NCBI GenBank assembly: GCA_965219415.1
Contig: OZ244742.1
Location: 1,632,001 to 1,696,000 of the forward strand
From: Candidatus Marinacidobacterales bacterium
GTDB lineage: Bacteria > Acidobacteriota > Vicinamibacteria > Marinacidobacterales > DATDRI01
DNA length: 64,000 nt
Reading direction: 5' to 3'
Below, piece by piece: positions 43,686 through 54,730 of this stretch. The notes below the pieces were generated by a model. The model saw nothing but the letters and a program-made list of their open reading frames with translations, made no database searches and was not told the origin of the DNA. The first letter of the stretch is position 1; every line of letters begins with the position of its first letter. Position numbers and translations under genes: made by a program.

Positions 43686-43716
43686 ACATTATAATGTACA
43701 ATACTATGTATTTCAA
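43686..43716 (-). promoter_or_regulatory. Sigma70 promoter of phd-vapC with overlapping palindromic operator
   Basis: Minus strand TTGAAA (43716-43711), 17-bp spacer, TATAAT (43693-43688); perfect palindrome ACATTATAATGT at 43686-43697. Confidence 0.75.
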
Positions 43717-43783
43717 AATGGAAATCCAAGTCCGAGCGCGGCCGACTTGCGAAAGTGGGGAGCACTGTGTTAAATGTGAAATT

Positions 43784-44026
43784 GTGAAAAATATCACTGT
43801 TTCACTGCCAGATGATGTCTATCGACAGGCGCGCATCAGGGCGGCGGAGCGAGACACTTCCGTCAGCGCCATGGTCCGGGAGTTCCTGCTGAACCTGGGG
43901 GAGGAAGAATCCGACTTCGAGCGACGCCGCCGGCTTCAAACGGAAGTATTGGACACGGTGAAGGGCTTTCGAGCTGGCGTCCGTTTGACCCGCAAGAAGC
44001 TCCACGAGCGCGATGCGCTTCGTTGA
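43784..44026 (+). CDS. Ribbon-helix-helix antitoxin (DUF6364/FitA-like)
   Basis: MKNITVSLPDDVYRQARIRAAERDTSVSAMVREFL; ends LTRKKLHER; overlaps the PIN gene. Confidence 0.85.
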   Translation: MKNITVSLPDDVYRQARIRAAERDTSVSAMVREFLLNLGEEESDFERRRRLQTEVLDTVKGFRAGVRLTRKKLHERDALR

Positions 44027-44429
44027 CACGAATATCCTTCTCTACGCAGCGAGCAAGTCGCCGGACGAGCAGGAGAAGTCCCGGATCGCTCTTGCCGTTC
44101 TCGATTCCGAAGACATCGCTCTATCGGTGCAGGTACTGCAGGAGTTCTACGTGCAGGCCACCCGGCTAGGCAAGACGAATGCGCTGAGTCACGAGCAGGC
44201 GTCGCTTCTCATCGAGTCTTTCCTCCGTTTTCGTGTTCAAGAGACAACCGTTCCGTTGATGCAGTCCGCTTTGGATTTAAGAGACCGGTTCCAAATCTCC
44301 TATTGGGATGCAGCAATCATTGAGGCGGCAAGACTAGCCGAATGTCGCACCGTTCTCACAGAAGACCTGAACGACGGACAAGACTTTTCCGGTGTCATTG
44401 TAGAGAATCCATTCCGCCAGCTCGCTTGA
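44013..44429 (+). CDS. vapC: PIN-domain toxin (VapC-like)
   Basis: FVDTNILLY, QVLQEF, SYWDAAI, LTEDL, ENPF. Confidence 0.9.
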   Translation: MRFVDTNILLYAASKSPDEQEKSRIALAVLDSEDIALSVQVLQEFYVQATRLGKTNALSHEQASLLIESFLRFRVQETTVPLMQSALDLRDRFQISYWDAAIIEAARLAECRTVLTEDLNDGQDFSGVIVENPFRQLA

Positions 44430-44499
44430 TTCGTATCTTCGTCCGGAGGGAGTAGCGATCGAGCCACCCGCTTCCGCGCGTGTGGACAGCCGACCCCCT

Positions 44500-44640
44500 C
44501 GGGCAACTACACGAGATGGTTCGACGTCTTCCCCGACGGCCAGCACTTCGCTATGCTCACATTTACCGAAGCCAACTTGCGGGACCTTACGGTTATGGTC
44601 AACTGGTCTACCGAGATCTCTCGACTGTTCTCCGACAAAA
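44500..44640 (+). pseudogene. Orphan C-terminal fragment of a kinase/TolB-like beta-propeller protein
   Basis: Translates FDVFPDGQHFAML...LTVMVNWSTEI, typical of that family's C-terminus; no start or upstream body. Confidence 0.55.
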
Positions 44641-44856
44641 AAATTGAATTTTTTTTCTTGACAAGATTCTCCTGGCACATTTTTCTTCGAACTTACCCTC
44701 TCTCTAAGACGCTCTGAAACGCTACCGTCGGTCTTCAGATCACTCTTTAGAAGCTTCGACACAAAAAGGTTCGTCCGAAGACTCGCTCGGTCCTCCTTGG
44801 TCGCGTCAAGTCCCAAAAAAGTGTGCAGTTATATTACTTGTAAGGGAGGACGACCG

Positions 44857-45789
44857 ATGCTTGACAAATCACTGACATCAATTCCGGATGATGCGCTACT
44901 CCGGCGCCTGTCCGAGCTGTTACAGCAATCCCGGCGCGTCGAGTCAGAGCTCGTCGCCCACGTGGCCGAAGTGGATTGAGCGTCGGCTGTATGCACGCGA
45001 AGCATTTCCGTCGATGTTTGCGTATTGCACCGAGAAGCTGAACCTGTCGGAGCACGAGGCTTATTTGCGCATCACTGTGGGGCGCGCGTCACGAAAACAT
45101 CCGGTCTTGCTGACGATGCTGGGAGAGGGGCGTCTTCACTTGAGCGGCATCGCCAAGCTTGTGCCACACCTCACCGACGCCAACCGAGAGACCCTTCTGG
45201 CACAGGCGACCGATAAATGATTGAGGAGCTGGTTGTCGAGCTTGCACCCCAGCCGGACGTGCCAGCAAGGATCCGAAAGTTGCCGGAGCCTCAACTCGGT
45301 CCGGACCGAGTTGTGTCGCCGAAGCCCGCAGGGCTAAGGCCGGTTGAGCCTCTCGCACCTGCCCGCTACAAGATTCAATTCACGGGGAACGCCCAGCTGA
45401 AAGAGAAGCTCGAGCGACTCCAGGCGCTCAGACCGAACGGCGATCTTGCGGCAATGATCGAAGAGGCCGTTACTGAGAAGCTCGAACGGCTCGAATCCAA
45501 ACGCTTTGGGAAGACGAAGATCCCGAGAAAGAACCTGGAACAGACCGACACCTCACCATCCTCGCGTTACATCCAGGCCGCGGTGAAGCGGGCGGTCAGC
45601 GAGCGCGACGGGCTCCAGTTCCACCACGACGACCCCTATGCGCGCGGGGGCGACCACAGCCCCGACAATATCGCGATGATGTGCCCCACGCACAACGCAT
45701 ATCTGGCCGAGTGCGACTACGGCAAGGAAGCTATGAAACGCTATAGTCGTTCCCGGGAGCCCGCGCCGGTCTACGCCTCGACGACCTAG
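44857..45789 (+). pseudogene. Degraded DUF222-like/HNH endonuclease gene
   Basis: ELVAHVAEVD-ERRLY..SMFAYC..EAYLRI; HNH end FHHDDPYARGG..DNIAMMCPTHN; two frame breaks and no Cys knuckle after RDG. Confidence 0.8.
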
Positions 45790-47467
45790 GTCTTCAACGT
45801 CGGGTGCTTCTTGTGAAAATCCGTTGAATTCTGGTAAGCGCGCGCGACGGCCAAGGTCGTCGCCTCACCGAACAGCTTCCCCATGAAGCTAATACTGGTC
45901 GGAGTCCCATCTTCCCGGAACCCATTAGGCAGAACAACACAGGGGTGACCGGTCAGGTTCGTGAGCAGCAGGTTGTCGCCCACCCGCGAGGGTGCCACGT
46001 AGACGTCGACGTCGGACAGCTTATCGGCCATGGCGTGCATGAGCATGGTCCGGACACGATTGGCCCGGATGTACTCCACAGCGGGTACAAGCCGAGCCTT
46101 GCGGAAGGCGTTCGGCCAAGCGTTCTTGATCTGGCGGACCAGGACGTCATCTCGGTTGCTGCGGGTCAGCTCGTCGAACGCAGCCGCGGCTTCCGCACCC
46201 AGTATGAAATTCAAGGCGCCGATGGGCAGGTCCGGAAGCTCGATCGGGACTAAGTTCAAACGCATTGAGCGAAGTTTCTCTAGCGTCGCCTTGTCGATCG
46301 CTTTCCACTGCTCCTCTTCTTCGCGCTCTTCCTCAAACGCTTTTTCGAGGTAGCCGATCCGAAGCGTCTTGATGTCGAGCCCGGCGTCCAAGTTGAAGGG
46401 CGCGTCGATCACGTGGAGGTCCTTGCCGTCGGGACCGTGAATCGTATCGAAGACGATCGCACAGTCTTCGACGCTCCGGCACATGGGGCCGATCTTGTCC
46501 ATGCTCCAACTGAGGGCCATGGCGCCATCACGACTCACGCGCCCGAAAGTAGGACGAAGCCCGGTCACGCCGCAGGCCGAGCTGGGCGACACGATGGAGC
46601 CCCAAGTCTCGGTGCCGATGCTGAATCCAACAAGGCCCGCGGCAGTCGCCGCGCCGGGTCCGGCCGACGAGCCGCCGGACGGTTTTTCGTAGTCCCAGGG
46701 GGTGCGCGTCTCACCACCGTACCAAACATTTCTCCAGGCCAGCGCGCCGAGGGTCAGTTTGGCGACGAGAACTGCGCCTGCCTCCTCGAGCCGTTTCACG
46801 ATCGCGGCATCTTCTTCGATGACTTGATCCTTATAGGGCATCGCGCCCCACGTCGTCTTGTAGCCTTTCACCGCAAGCAAATCCTTGGCTCCCCAAGGAA
46901 TTCCGTGTAGTGGGCCGCGGTACTTACCGGCTGCGATCTCTTCATCGGCGCGGCGCGCCTGCTCGAGCGCAAGCTCCTCGGTCAGAGTGATCACGCACTC
47001 GAGCTTCGGTCCGTACTTCTCGAGTCGGCCGAGATACATTTTTTAGTCAGGTCGGTCGAGCTCACGCGTCGCGACTCGATGAGCTTCGAGAGATGCGTGA
47101 CCGGCCAGAAGGCGACTTCTTCCAGGTTAGCGGGAACCGAATCGACCCGGACTTCGCTTAGCCGGATCGGGCGGCGCTCGCCGTCCATGGACATCCCCGG
47201 TAGGCGAGGGTTGAAGTAGAGCGCCGGAGGCACACCGTTGGGGATGCTCACGGTGCGGAGCTTCTCGTAGTCGGCGAGATGTTCATTCACCCCCTCCAAC
47301 ATGAGCTCCCGCTCTTCCTCGGTGAACTGAAGTCCCGCAATCTCCTCCGCATTCTTCAACATGTCCTTTGTGACCTCCGGGGGTAGCGCCGCCGAGAGAC
47401 CGGCGGCCGAGAAAACCGCAAGAAAGCGGCGGCGGTTCAACTCGTGCTCCGGGAGTTTGGTGGTCAT
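45786..47467 (-). CDS. Amidase-signature family enzyme with Tat-like signal (frameshift ~47040)
   Basis: NRRRFL N-terminus; GPLHGIPWGAKD, GGSSAG, GTETWGSIVSP. Confidence 0.88.
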
Positions 47468-47729
47468 GGGACCTCCTTAGCGGTCAGCGTCGCGGGCAGC
47501 GCGACGCTCACCTTAACTCCAAGCCGGTAAACCCGTCAAAGCGCCGACTTTCGACCTATGGTGTTGGCTTTACCCTACGGGTCCGGTCGATTCCCCACAG
47601 TCTTGAATAAAGATGCCCGCAACACACGAACCGGGCAGCCGCAACCGACTACTAGTCTTGTACTTAGTGCTTTCGGCGCTCGCCGCACATGGCCTGGAAG
47701 TTGCATCGAAGCGGTTCGCGAGGATAGGT

Positions 47730-48458
47730 GTGGCCGTAGACAAAACAGTCGAAGCGAAAAAGACCGACGACGGCGATGTATCTCAGCGGGCCGCTGCCCT
47801 CCGAGATCTCATTCGTCTCTTGGTCAAGGCGCGGAAGGCGCTCAGGCTCTACCAGGCCAATAACGCCATCGCGCACCGCTTGGAGAAGGAACTCTACGCG
47901 AAGCTCTTTGCCCACTTGGAAGAGGCAGGGGAGTTCGAGCTCACCGTCCAGGAATTCAAGATGCTTCTCGGTGAAGACATTCTCTACGAAAGTAGCGACC
48001 GCAACGACAGCCTCTCCTTCACGCTGTTCCGGGACGGCGTTCGCAGGATCAGCTTTCATCCCGGCATCGAGGATAGGGAGCTTCACGGTTTTCTAACCTG
48101 TTTGAATCGCGTCGGGGTCCACTCCAACAACCAGGACGATCTGGTAACACTTTTTTGGGAGCAGGATTTCAAATCCATCAAGTACTACGCGATCGAAGAG
48201 CTGAGCAGCGAGTCTTCTGGTCCGAGTCTTCAGCAGCAACTAGAATCCGGGGCGCATGGAGAAGGCGGCGGTGGTGGCGCTGCCACCGACAGCGTCAGCC
48301 TCAAGGATTTGGAGCAGCCAACCGCTCATCTTCCCAACGATGCCTGCCGACTCACGGAAGACGAACTCGAAGCCTTGCGTGCGGAGCCCTTGTCGCAGGA
48401 AAACGAGCCCTTCTCTGGCTCGGTCGTCGAGCTCGCCATCGAGCTCACTCTACAGGAA
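47730..48458 (+). pseudogene. N-terminal fragment of HEAT-repeat/HD-GYP-associated protein
   Basis: ARKALRLY..N, LFRDGVRRISFHPG, DDLVTLFWEQDF; ends abruptly where the DSD1 fragment begins. Confidence 0.6.
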
Positions 48459-48460
48459 AG

Positions 48461-49261
48461 GCGCAAAAGAAGGGCGTCGAGATCGTCGTGGACCGCGAGA
48501 GCAACGTGACAGACTTCAACGATGCCGCGGGGGCCGCGAAGACGAAGCTTTCGGTACTCATCGAGCTCGACACCGGGACCAACCGCACGGGAATCGAGAT
48601 GGGCAAACCGGCCATGGATCTGCTGCAGTCGATCGCCAAGAGTCCGAACCTTACGTTCGGAGGAATCCAGGCTTATGCGGGCCAGGTTCAGCACCTGAAG
48701 GGCTACAAGTATCGCAAGATGCGGTCCGAGCAGGCGTTGTCCCGGGCGCTCACGATGAAACACGAGATGGAAAAGGCGGGCTTCGACGTCCCGGTGCTGA
48801 GCGTCGGCGGTACGGGCACTTACAACATCGACGCCGCCATCGAGGGCGTCACCGACCTCCAAGCGGGGTCGTACTTGTTCATGGATGTCGACTACCGCGG
48901 CATCGGCGGCAAGAGGGACGCCGTTTATGATGATTTCCAGCCCTCGCTCTTCGTGATTGCCACCGCCATCAGTCAGCCGATGAAGGGCCGCATCACCATC
49001 GACGCAGGCCTCAAGGCGTTCGCAACCGACAAGACGCCGGCCCTCAGAGACATTACCGGTGTCACCTATCGCTTCGCGGGCGACGAGCACGGGATCCTCG
49101 AGTTCAAAAATCCCTCGAAGGAGATCCAGGTAGGAGACAAGGTCGCGTTACTCGCCTCACATTGCGATCCAACGGTCAATCTCTATGACCAGTACTACGC
49201 GTACCGAGGCGAGCAGGTCGAGGAAATCTGGCCGGTGGCCGGAAGAGGAAGGTCGCAGTAA
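48461..49261 (+). pseudogene. C-terminal part of DSD1/D-threonine aldolase-family PLP enzyme
   Basis: IELDTGTNRTG, QAYAG, GGTGT, QAGSYLFMD, DAGLKA, DEHG, HCDPTVNL; the RPHxK PLP-lysine N-terminus is absent. Confidence 0.8.
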
Positions 49262-49278
49262 GAGTTTCGGGGGACAGG

Positions 49279-50784
49279 TTACTTGTTTCGAGTAGCCTGT
49301 CCTTTTTTTTCGTCAAGCACACGGCCATCCTTGGCAAGTGTGCCGGGCAATTCCAACCCGTTACTCAAACGTATCACCCCCTCGTAGAGCTCGCCCCGCT
49401 CTTTACGCAGTTGTTGGATGGCGTCGGTGCGCTGCGCGCGAGTAAACCGGACCCGGAGCGCTCGCAGCGTCTCCTGAACCAGTCGTTGGTAATGGAGAAC
49501 GACGAACCCACCGAGCGCACTCAGGACGAAGGCCACGACTCCTGTCAGAAACGGGGCGTTCGGAATCGTGGGGTAGATCGTATGGAGCGCTGCGACCCCG
49601 GCGCCGGCGAGAATCGCGATCACCAGCCACGTGAGAGGAAAAGCGACGGCTCCCAAGAGCAGCTTCGCGGTGGCCTCGTCCTTGTAGGCCCGCGACACGG
49701 CTTTGGACACAGCCGTCACCAAGAGAGCGGTTGGTACGTTGGCGACGAAGCCCACGAGAAGAATGGGCGGCAAGAGTAGGTAAACAAGGACCACCTGAAG
49801 GAGAAGAGCTGCCGCCACCCAGTGCGAGCGAAGCCGCGGATTGCCGTCGAGCTCATGATCGTGGAACCCGAAGGACCGGAGATCCTGGTCGTACTCGCCG
49901 ACCCGAGACAAAAGCGCTTCGACTTCCTGCGGATGAGTCCTCATGAGCGCCCGGTAACCGGTCCAAAGACGAGCGAAACCCAGTTGACGCTCCGTCATGT
50001 CGGGACGATTGAGAGAGGCCCCCGCCCGGCTCGCGCGCTCGGCCCGAATCAACTTTCGGCCACGATGTAACAGATGATGGAGCTCCCAACTCTCGGTTGC
50101 ATGGACGACCTCGTGAAGGGCCCGCTCGATCTCGTCGGTGAGTCGACGATACTTCTTTCTGGCTTCCTCGAAGGAAGCTTCCGGAGCGGGGGGCTCGGCC
50201 AAATCGGGATCGAGCTCGAGAGGAGGGTGAAACGCCACCAGTGCGTTCGAACCAAACACTCCCTTCTTGTCGTAGTGGAGACCGACCGGAATGATAGCGG
50301 GCTTGACGCCGGCCTCGGACGTCAGCTCGGTTGCTCGATAGAAGAGTCTCGCCGCGCCGGTCTTGAGCTCTTGCGGTTGCGGCTCGTCGTGGCTCACTCC
50401 TTCTGGGAACAATGCGGCAAACGCTCCGTCTGCAACCGCTCGGGCCAGCGCATCCAAGCTTTGCGTGTTCGCGTCCGGTCGCTCGGAGTTACCTTCTCCG
50501 GGTACTACGTCCTGGCGGCGATAGATCGGGACCGTTCCCAGTTGCCGCATGAACCAGCCGAGTATCGGCCACCGAAAGAGGCCATGCCGCGCACCAAAGA
50601 TGATCCGTCTCGGAAAGCGCGTCAGGATTAGGCCGCCATCGACGATAGCATTGGGATGCCAGGACACGACGATGCCACCGCCGCCGGCGGGCACGTGCTC
50701 AAGCCCAGTCACCTCGATCCGGCGAAAGAATAGGCGATTAAGAAGGCCGAGCGCCCGGACCGTTTCTCGATAGGCGAGAGCCAT
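49279..50784 (-). CDS. PlsC-superfamily acyltransferase with C-terminal TMs
   Basis: WHPNAIVD, LFPEGVSH, LKTGAAR; paralog of 22844-24169. Confidence 0.88.
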   Translation of the reverse strand: MALAYRETVRALGLLNRLFFRRIEVTGLEHVPAGGGGIVVSWHPNAIVDGGLILTRFPRRIIFGARHGLFRWPILGWFMRQLGTVPIYRRQDVVPGEGNSERPDANTQSLDALARAVADGAFAALFPEGVSHDEPQPQELKTGAARLFYRATELTSEAGVKPAIIPVGLHYDKKGVFGSNALVAFHPPLELDPDLAEPPAPEASFEEARKKYRRLTDEIERALHEVVHATESWELHHLLHRGRKLIRAERASRAGASLNRPDMTERQLGFARLWTGYRALMRTHPQEVEALLSRVGEYDQDLRSFGFHDHELDGNPRLRSHWVAAALLLQVVLVYLLLPPILLVGFVANVPTALLVTAVSKAVSRAYKDEATAKLLLGAVAFPLTWLVIAILAGAGVAALHTIYPTIPNAPFLTGVVAFVLSALGGFVVLHYQRLVQETLRALRVRFTRAQRTDAIQQLRKERGELYEGVIRLSNGLELPGTLAKDGRVLDEKKGQATRNK

Positions 50785-50797
50785 AAGCTAACTCGGC

Positions 50798-51925
50798 TTA
50801 TGACCGCGCTCTGGTTGGAGATACCGCAAGTCCCTCCAGAAGCCTGACCAGCCCCCCGAGGCCCATCGACCGAACCGGTTGCTCGCCGATACTAATGGCG
50901 AGCAGGCGATCGAAGAGCTCGGGTTTGCGAGCGAACGTTGCGATGACCCGCCGCCGGAGCCATGGTTGGCGAGCCACGGTCAGGAGGAGTCCAGTCATCC
51001 AATAGTAAGCTCGACTGAGACGCCGGTACTCGTCTTCATAAGATGCCAACCGCCTGCCTTCGGCCACCGTCTCGGCGAGCGAGCGCGCACAGTGGAAAGC
51101 GAGCGACAAGCCCTCGCCGGTAATGGCATCGAGATATCCCGCGGCATCGCCCACGAGCGCGAGATTGTCTCGATAGCGGCACCGCACTCGTTGGCGGAAG
51201 GGTCCGGCTCCAGCCGCGTCACTTGCCACGGCAGCGTTTCCGAGCCGCTCGCCGAGACGCGGGAACTTGCTCAGCAAACCTACGAACCCTCCACACTCCT
51301 CGCTCGAGAGCAAAGCGACTCCGACCTCCTCCGAACCGACGGGCGTCACGTAGGCTTCGCTTCCATCGGCCCAATACACCTCAACGAAAGGCGACCACGG
51401 ACGAGCTCGAAAGTGACGTCGCACGCCGAAGCGCTTCTCACCGCGCCGCCCCTTCTCCAACCCCGCCTGTTTTCGAACCTTGCTATGAAGCCCGTCCGCA
51501 CCGATGAGAAAGCGCGCCTCGATGCCCTCCCCTGCCGTCTCGACGACGGCACGCTCGCCGTCGTAGCGCCAGCTATCCACCGCCACGCCGTAGCGAAGCT
51601 CGACTCCCAACTTCTCGGCGCGCTCCAACATCGCCTGAACGAGGGCGGTGCGCCGGACACCCCAGCCGGGTCTTCCTCGAAACCGCCCCTCGGCAAGGAT
51701 GTCTCCATCGACATAACGAATGCCGTGGAACGGAGAGTGCGGCACCTGGACACCCATCTCCTCGAGGAGTGCCACACCAGGCGGCATGATCCCCTCGCCG
51801 CAAGGCTTGTCCAATGGAAGAGAGCGCCTGTCGAGGACGGTCGAGGAGAGTCCCCCGCGCGCCGCAAAGATCGCGGTCGCCAGCCCCGCTGGACCTCCAC
51901 CTACGATAATTAGATCGCTCGTCAT
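50798..51925 (-). CDS. FAD-dependent oxidoreductase/monooxygenase (geranylgeranyl-reductase-like)
   Basis: GGGPAG, DKPCGEG, IGADGLHS, LVGDAAGYLDAITGEG. Confidence 0.88.
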   Translation of the reverse strand: MTSDLIIVGGGPAGLATAIFAARGGLSSTVLDRRSLPLDKPCGEGIMPPGVALLEEMGVQVPHSPFHGIRYVDGDILAEGRFRGRPGWGVRRTALVQAMLERAEKLGVELRYGVAVDSWRYDGERAVVETAGEGIEARFLIGADGLHSKVRKQAGLEKGRRGEKRFGVRRHFRARPWSPFVEVYWADGSEAYVTPVGSEEVGVALLSSEECGGFVGLLSKFPRLGERLGNAAVASDAAGAGPFRQRVRCRYRDNLALVGDAAGYLDAITGEGLSLAFHCARSLAETVAEGRRLASYEDEYRRLSRAYYWMTGLLLTVARQPWLRRRVIATFARKPELFDRLLAISIGEQPVRSMGLGGLVRLLEGLAVSPTRARS

Positions 51926-52018
51926 TTTGTTGCGATCACTGCGTTGCGTGTAGCTACCATTTCTGCGCGTAGTGTATCCCGCTGGAAACTTGGCTTCCAG
52001 CTACGATAGGCTAGCTCG

Positions 52019-54249
52019 ATGTCGACCATTGGAGCGAGCTCCCGCCGAAAGGAAGGACCGGAGAAACTCTGCGGCGTAACGAAGTACATCGACGACTACA
52101 GACTCCCCGGATGCCTTTACGGGGTCACCCTCCGTTCATCGATTCCTTACGGCCTCATAAAGAATATTCGTTTCGCTCCGAAATTCCCCTGAGACGAATG
52201 CGTCATCGCTCGCGCCGAAGACATTCCTGGCAGAAACTACGTGGCCTTGATCGAAGAAGACCAACCGCTATTGACCGAACATCGAGTGATGCACGCGATG
52301 GAGCCCATTCTGATCGTTGGCCATCCGGTTCGCCAGACCGCGTACGAAGCACTCCGGCACATCGAGGTGGACTACGAGGAAAAGAGGCCCGTCCTTTCGA
52401 TGGAAGAATCCATCGACCTCGAGCAAGTCCTTTATTCCTCGGACAACGTCTTCAAACGCCTTTTGATCGAGAAAGGAGACATCGGGGCGGGCACCTCGGC
52501 TGCGGATTTCCTTGTCGAGGGCGAGTACCGGGTCCCCTACCAGGAACAGGCGTATATCGAGAGCAACGGAGTCGCGGTCTGGGAAGAAGAAGATGGCACG
52601 CTCGTCGTGATGGGCTCGATGCAATGTCCCTACTACGTCCACAAGGCGATGAAGCCGCTCTTCCCGAGGCCGGAGGACAAGATCCGGATCGTGCAGACGA
52701 CGACCGGAGGCGGCTTCGGCGGCAAAGAGGAATACCCGAACGTAATCGCGGGACACGCGGCACTTCTAGCTATCAAGGCGAGACGTCCGGTCAAGATGAT
52801 CTATGACCGGCACGAAGACATGCTCACCACTACGAAACGCCATCAGGCCCGCGTCCGGCATCGTACCGGCGTCCGCAAAGACGGGAAACTCCTTTCGCAA
52901 GAGATCGAGATCGTTATGGACGGGGGAGCCTATGTAACGTTGTCACCGGTAGTACTGTCTCGAGGGGCACTTCATGCTACCGGCCCTTACGATTGCCCCA
53001 ACGTACGGATTCTCGCGAAAACCGTGGCCACCAACAATCCACCGAGCGGGGCATTTAGAGGGTTCGGAGCACCGCAAACGTTGTTTGCCGCCGAACTCCA
53101 TATGGAGAAGATCGCGGCGACTCTAGGTGTCGATTCCCTAACCCTGAGGCGGCGCAACCTCTTCAAGGAAGGATCGGTGACCGCCACCGGCCAGATCCTG
53201 CGAGAGAGCGTCGGCGCGACCGAAGTTCTCGAACGCACCGTCAAGCGTAGCAGGTACGTCGACAAGCAGAAAGAGTACGCCCGCTGGAACCGTCAAAAGA
53301 ATCGCTCGAGCTGGAAGGGCGTCGGGCTTTCGGTCGTTTTTCACGGGGCCGGCTTCACCGGTGCGGGCGAAGTGCATCTTGCGGGTCGAGCTGGAGTCTC
53401 GCTGACACGTGGAGGCGAGATTCACATAGAATCAGCTTCCACCGGGATCGGACAGGGCACCAACAGCATGTTCGCTCAGATCGTGGCCGAGACGCTCGGG
53501 CTACCCTACGATTGGATCCAGACCGACACCCCCGACACCAGCAAAGTGCCGGACAGCGGGCCGACGGTTGCGAGTCGAACCTGCATGGTGGTGGGTGGAC
53601 TCCTTCGCCGCGCAGCCCTCCGTCTCAAGGCGGCGGCTACGGAAGCCGAAGTGAGTTTTCCACGAACGCGCCGCGGTCTGCGAAAGGCGGCGTCGAAGCT
53701 CGCAAACGGAGATTCCGCGCTCCGTTTCGTCGAACAGTACGAAAAGCCAGAGGGTATCCAGTGGGACGACGACAAGTACCGAGGGGACGCCTACGGTGTT
53801 TATAGCTACGCGGCGATGGTGGTGGACATCGAGATCGACAAACTCACCTACCAAGTGAAGATTCGAAAGGTGACCACGGCGCAGGATATTGGCAAGGCGA
53901 TCAATCCCCTTCTCGTCGAAGGCCAAATCATGGGAGGAACCGCGCAGGCGCTCGGGTATGCGCTCTTGGAGAACGCCATCTACGAGAACGGCGTGATGCA
54001 AAACGCTCAGTTCACGAACTACATCATTCCCACCACACTCGATACACCGCCGATGATGGTCGATCTCATCGAAAGACCATACTCGCGTGGCCCCTTCGGC
54101 GCCAAGGGGGTAGGCGAGCTACCCTTCGATGTACCCGCGCCTGCGGTGTCCGCGGCGATCTGGAGCGCCACCGGCCTTTTCATCCCCGGCTCCCGCTGCT
54201 GCCAGAACGAATTTGCAGAGCCCGACATGATCAGACTGAACATCAATAG
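52019..54249 (+). CDS. Xanthine dehydrogenase-family molybdopterin-binding subunit (in-frame TGA at 52190; frameshift ~54187)
   Basis: GGGFGGK, AFRGFGAPQ, GIGQG, VEGQIMGG, GAKGVGE; frame is open from ATG 52019 apart from one TGA; true end RLPLLPERI in a shifted frame. Confidence 0.88.
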
Positions 54250-54730
54250 GAAACGAAGGCTCTACAAAGGAGACGCATTCAAACGTCTCATCGACGTCCT
54301 GCGCGAGGATTACGACCTCACCAGCACCAAGGAAGGCTGCGGCGAGGGTGAGTGCGGCGCCTGCACGGTGCTGGTGGATGGCATGCCGGTGAACAGCTGC
54401 CTCATCCCCGTCTGTCAGATGGAGGGGCGGAAGGTTGAAACCATCGAATCTCTAGGCAGACCCGAATCTCTGAACCTGCTGCAACAGTCGTTTCTGAACG
54501 AAGGAGGCGCGCAGTGCGGGATCTGTACTCCGGGCTTCTTGATGACGGCATGGGCCTACGTACGTCGGGGCGGCAGCGAAGACCCAAAGTCGATACGCGA
54601 GGTCTTGGCGGGGAATCTCTGTCGTTGCACCGGCTACCAGCACATCGTGAACTCGGTCATCGAGACGGTTCGCGAGAAGAACAGGCTTCGGAACAAACGA
54701 CGAAAGACTCCCGGGAAGAAAGTTAAATGA
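54227..54730 (+). CDS. XDH-family [2Fe-2S] subunit
   Basis: KEGCGEGECGACTV, QCGICTPG, GNLCRCTGY. Confidence 0.92.
   Translation: MIRLNINRKRRLYKGDAFKRLIDVLREDYDLTSTKEGCGEGECGACTVLVDGMPVNSCLIPVCQMEGRKVETIESLGRPESLNLLQQSFLNEGGAQCGICTPGFLMTAWAYVRRGGSEDPKSIREVLAGNLCRCTGYQHIVNSVIETVREKNRLRNKRRKTPGKKVK

Noticed and set aside
47486-47508. 9-bp GC hairpin AGCGTCGCG/CGCGACGCT upstream of the amidase
   Set aside because: Single hairpin without a U-tract or other copies noticed; insufficient to call a terminator or REP.
50798-51925. Type III PKS (alkylresorcinol) cluster suggested by the FAD oxidoreductase and the ICMT gene
   Set aside because: No PKS in the window, and the ICMT gene is ~40 kb away.
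52241-54730. Apparent 829-aa Mo-subunit-[2Fe-2S] fusion in unusual order
   Set aside because: The canonical Mo-subunit ending (RLPLLPERI..*) lies in a shifted frame at ~54187-54249 and the FeS gene has its own ATG at 54227, so the fusion is a frameshift artefact.
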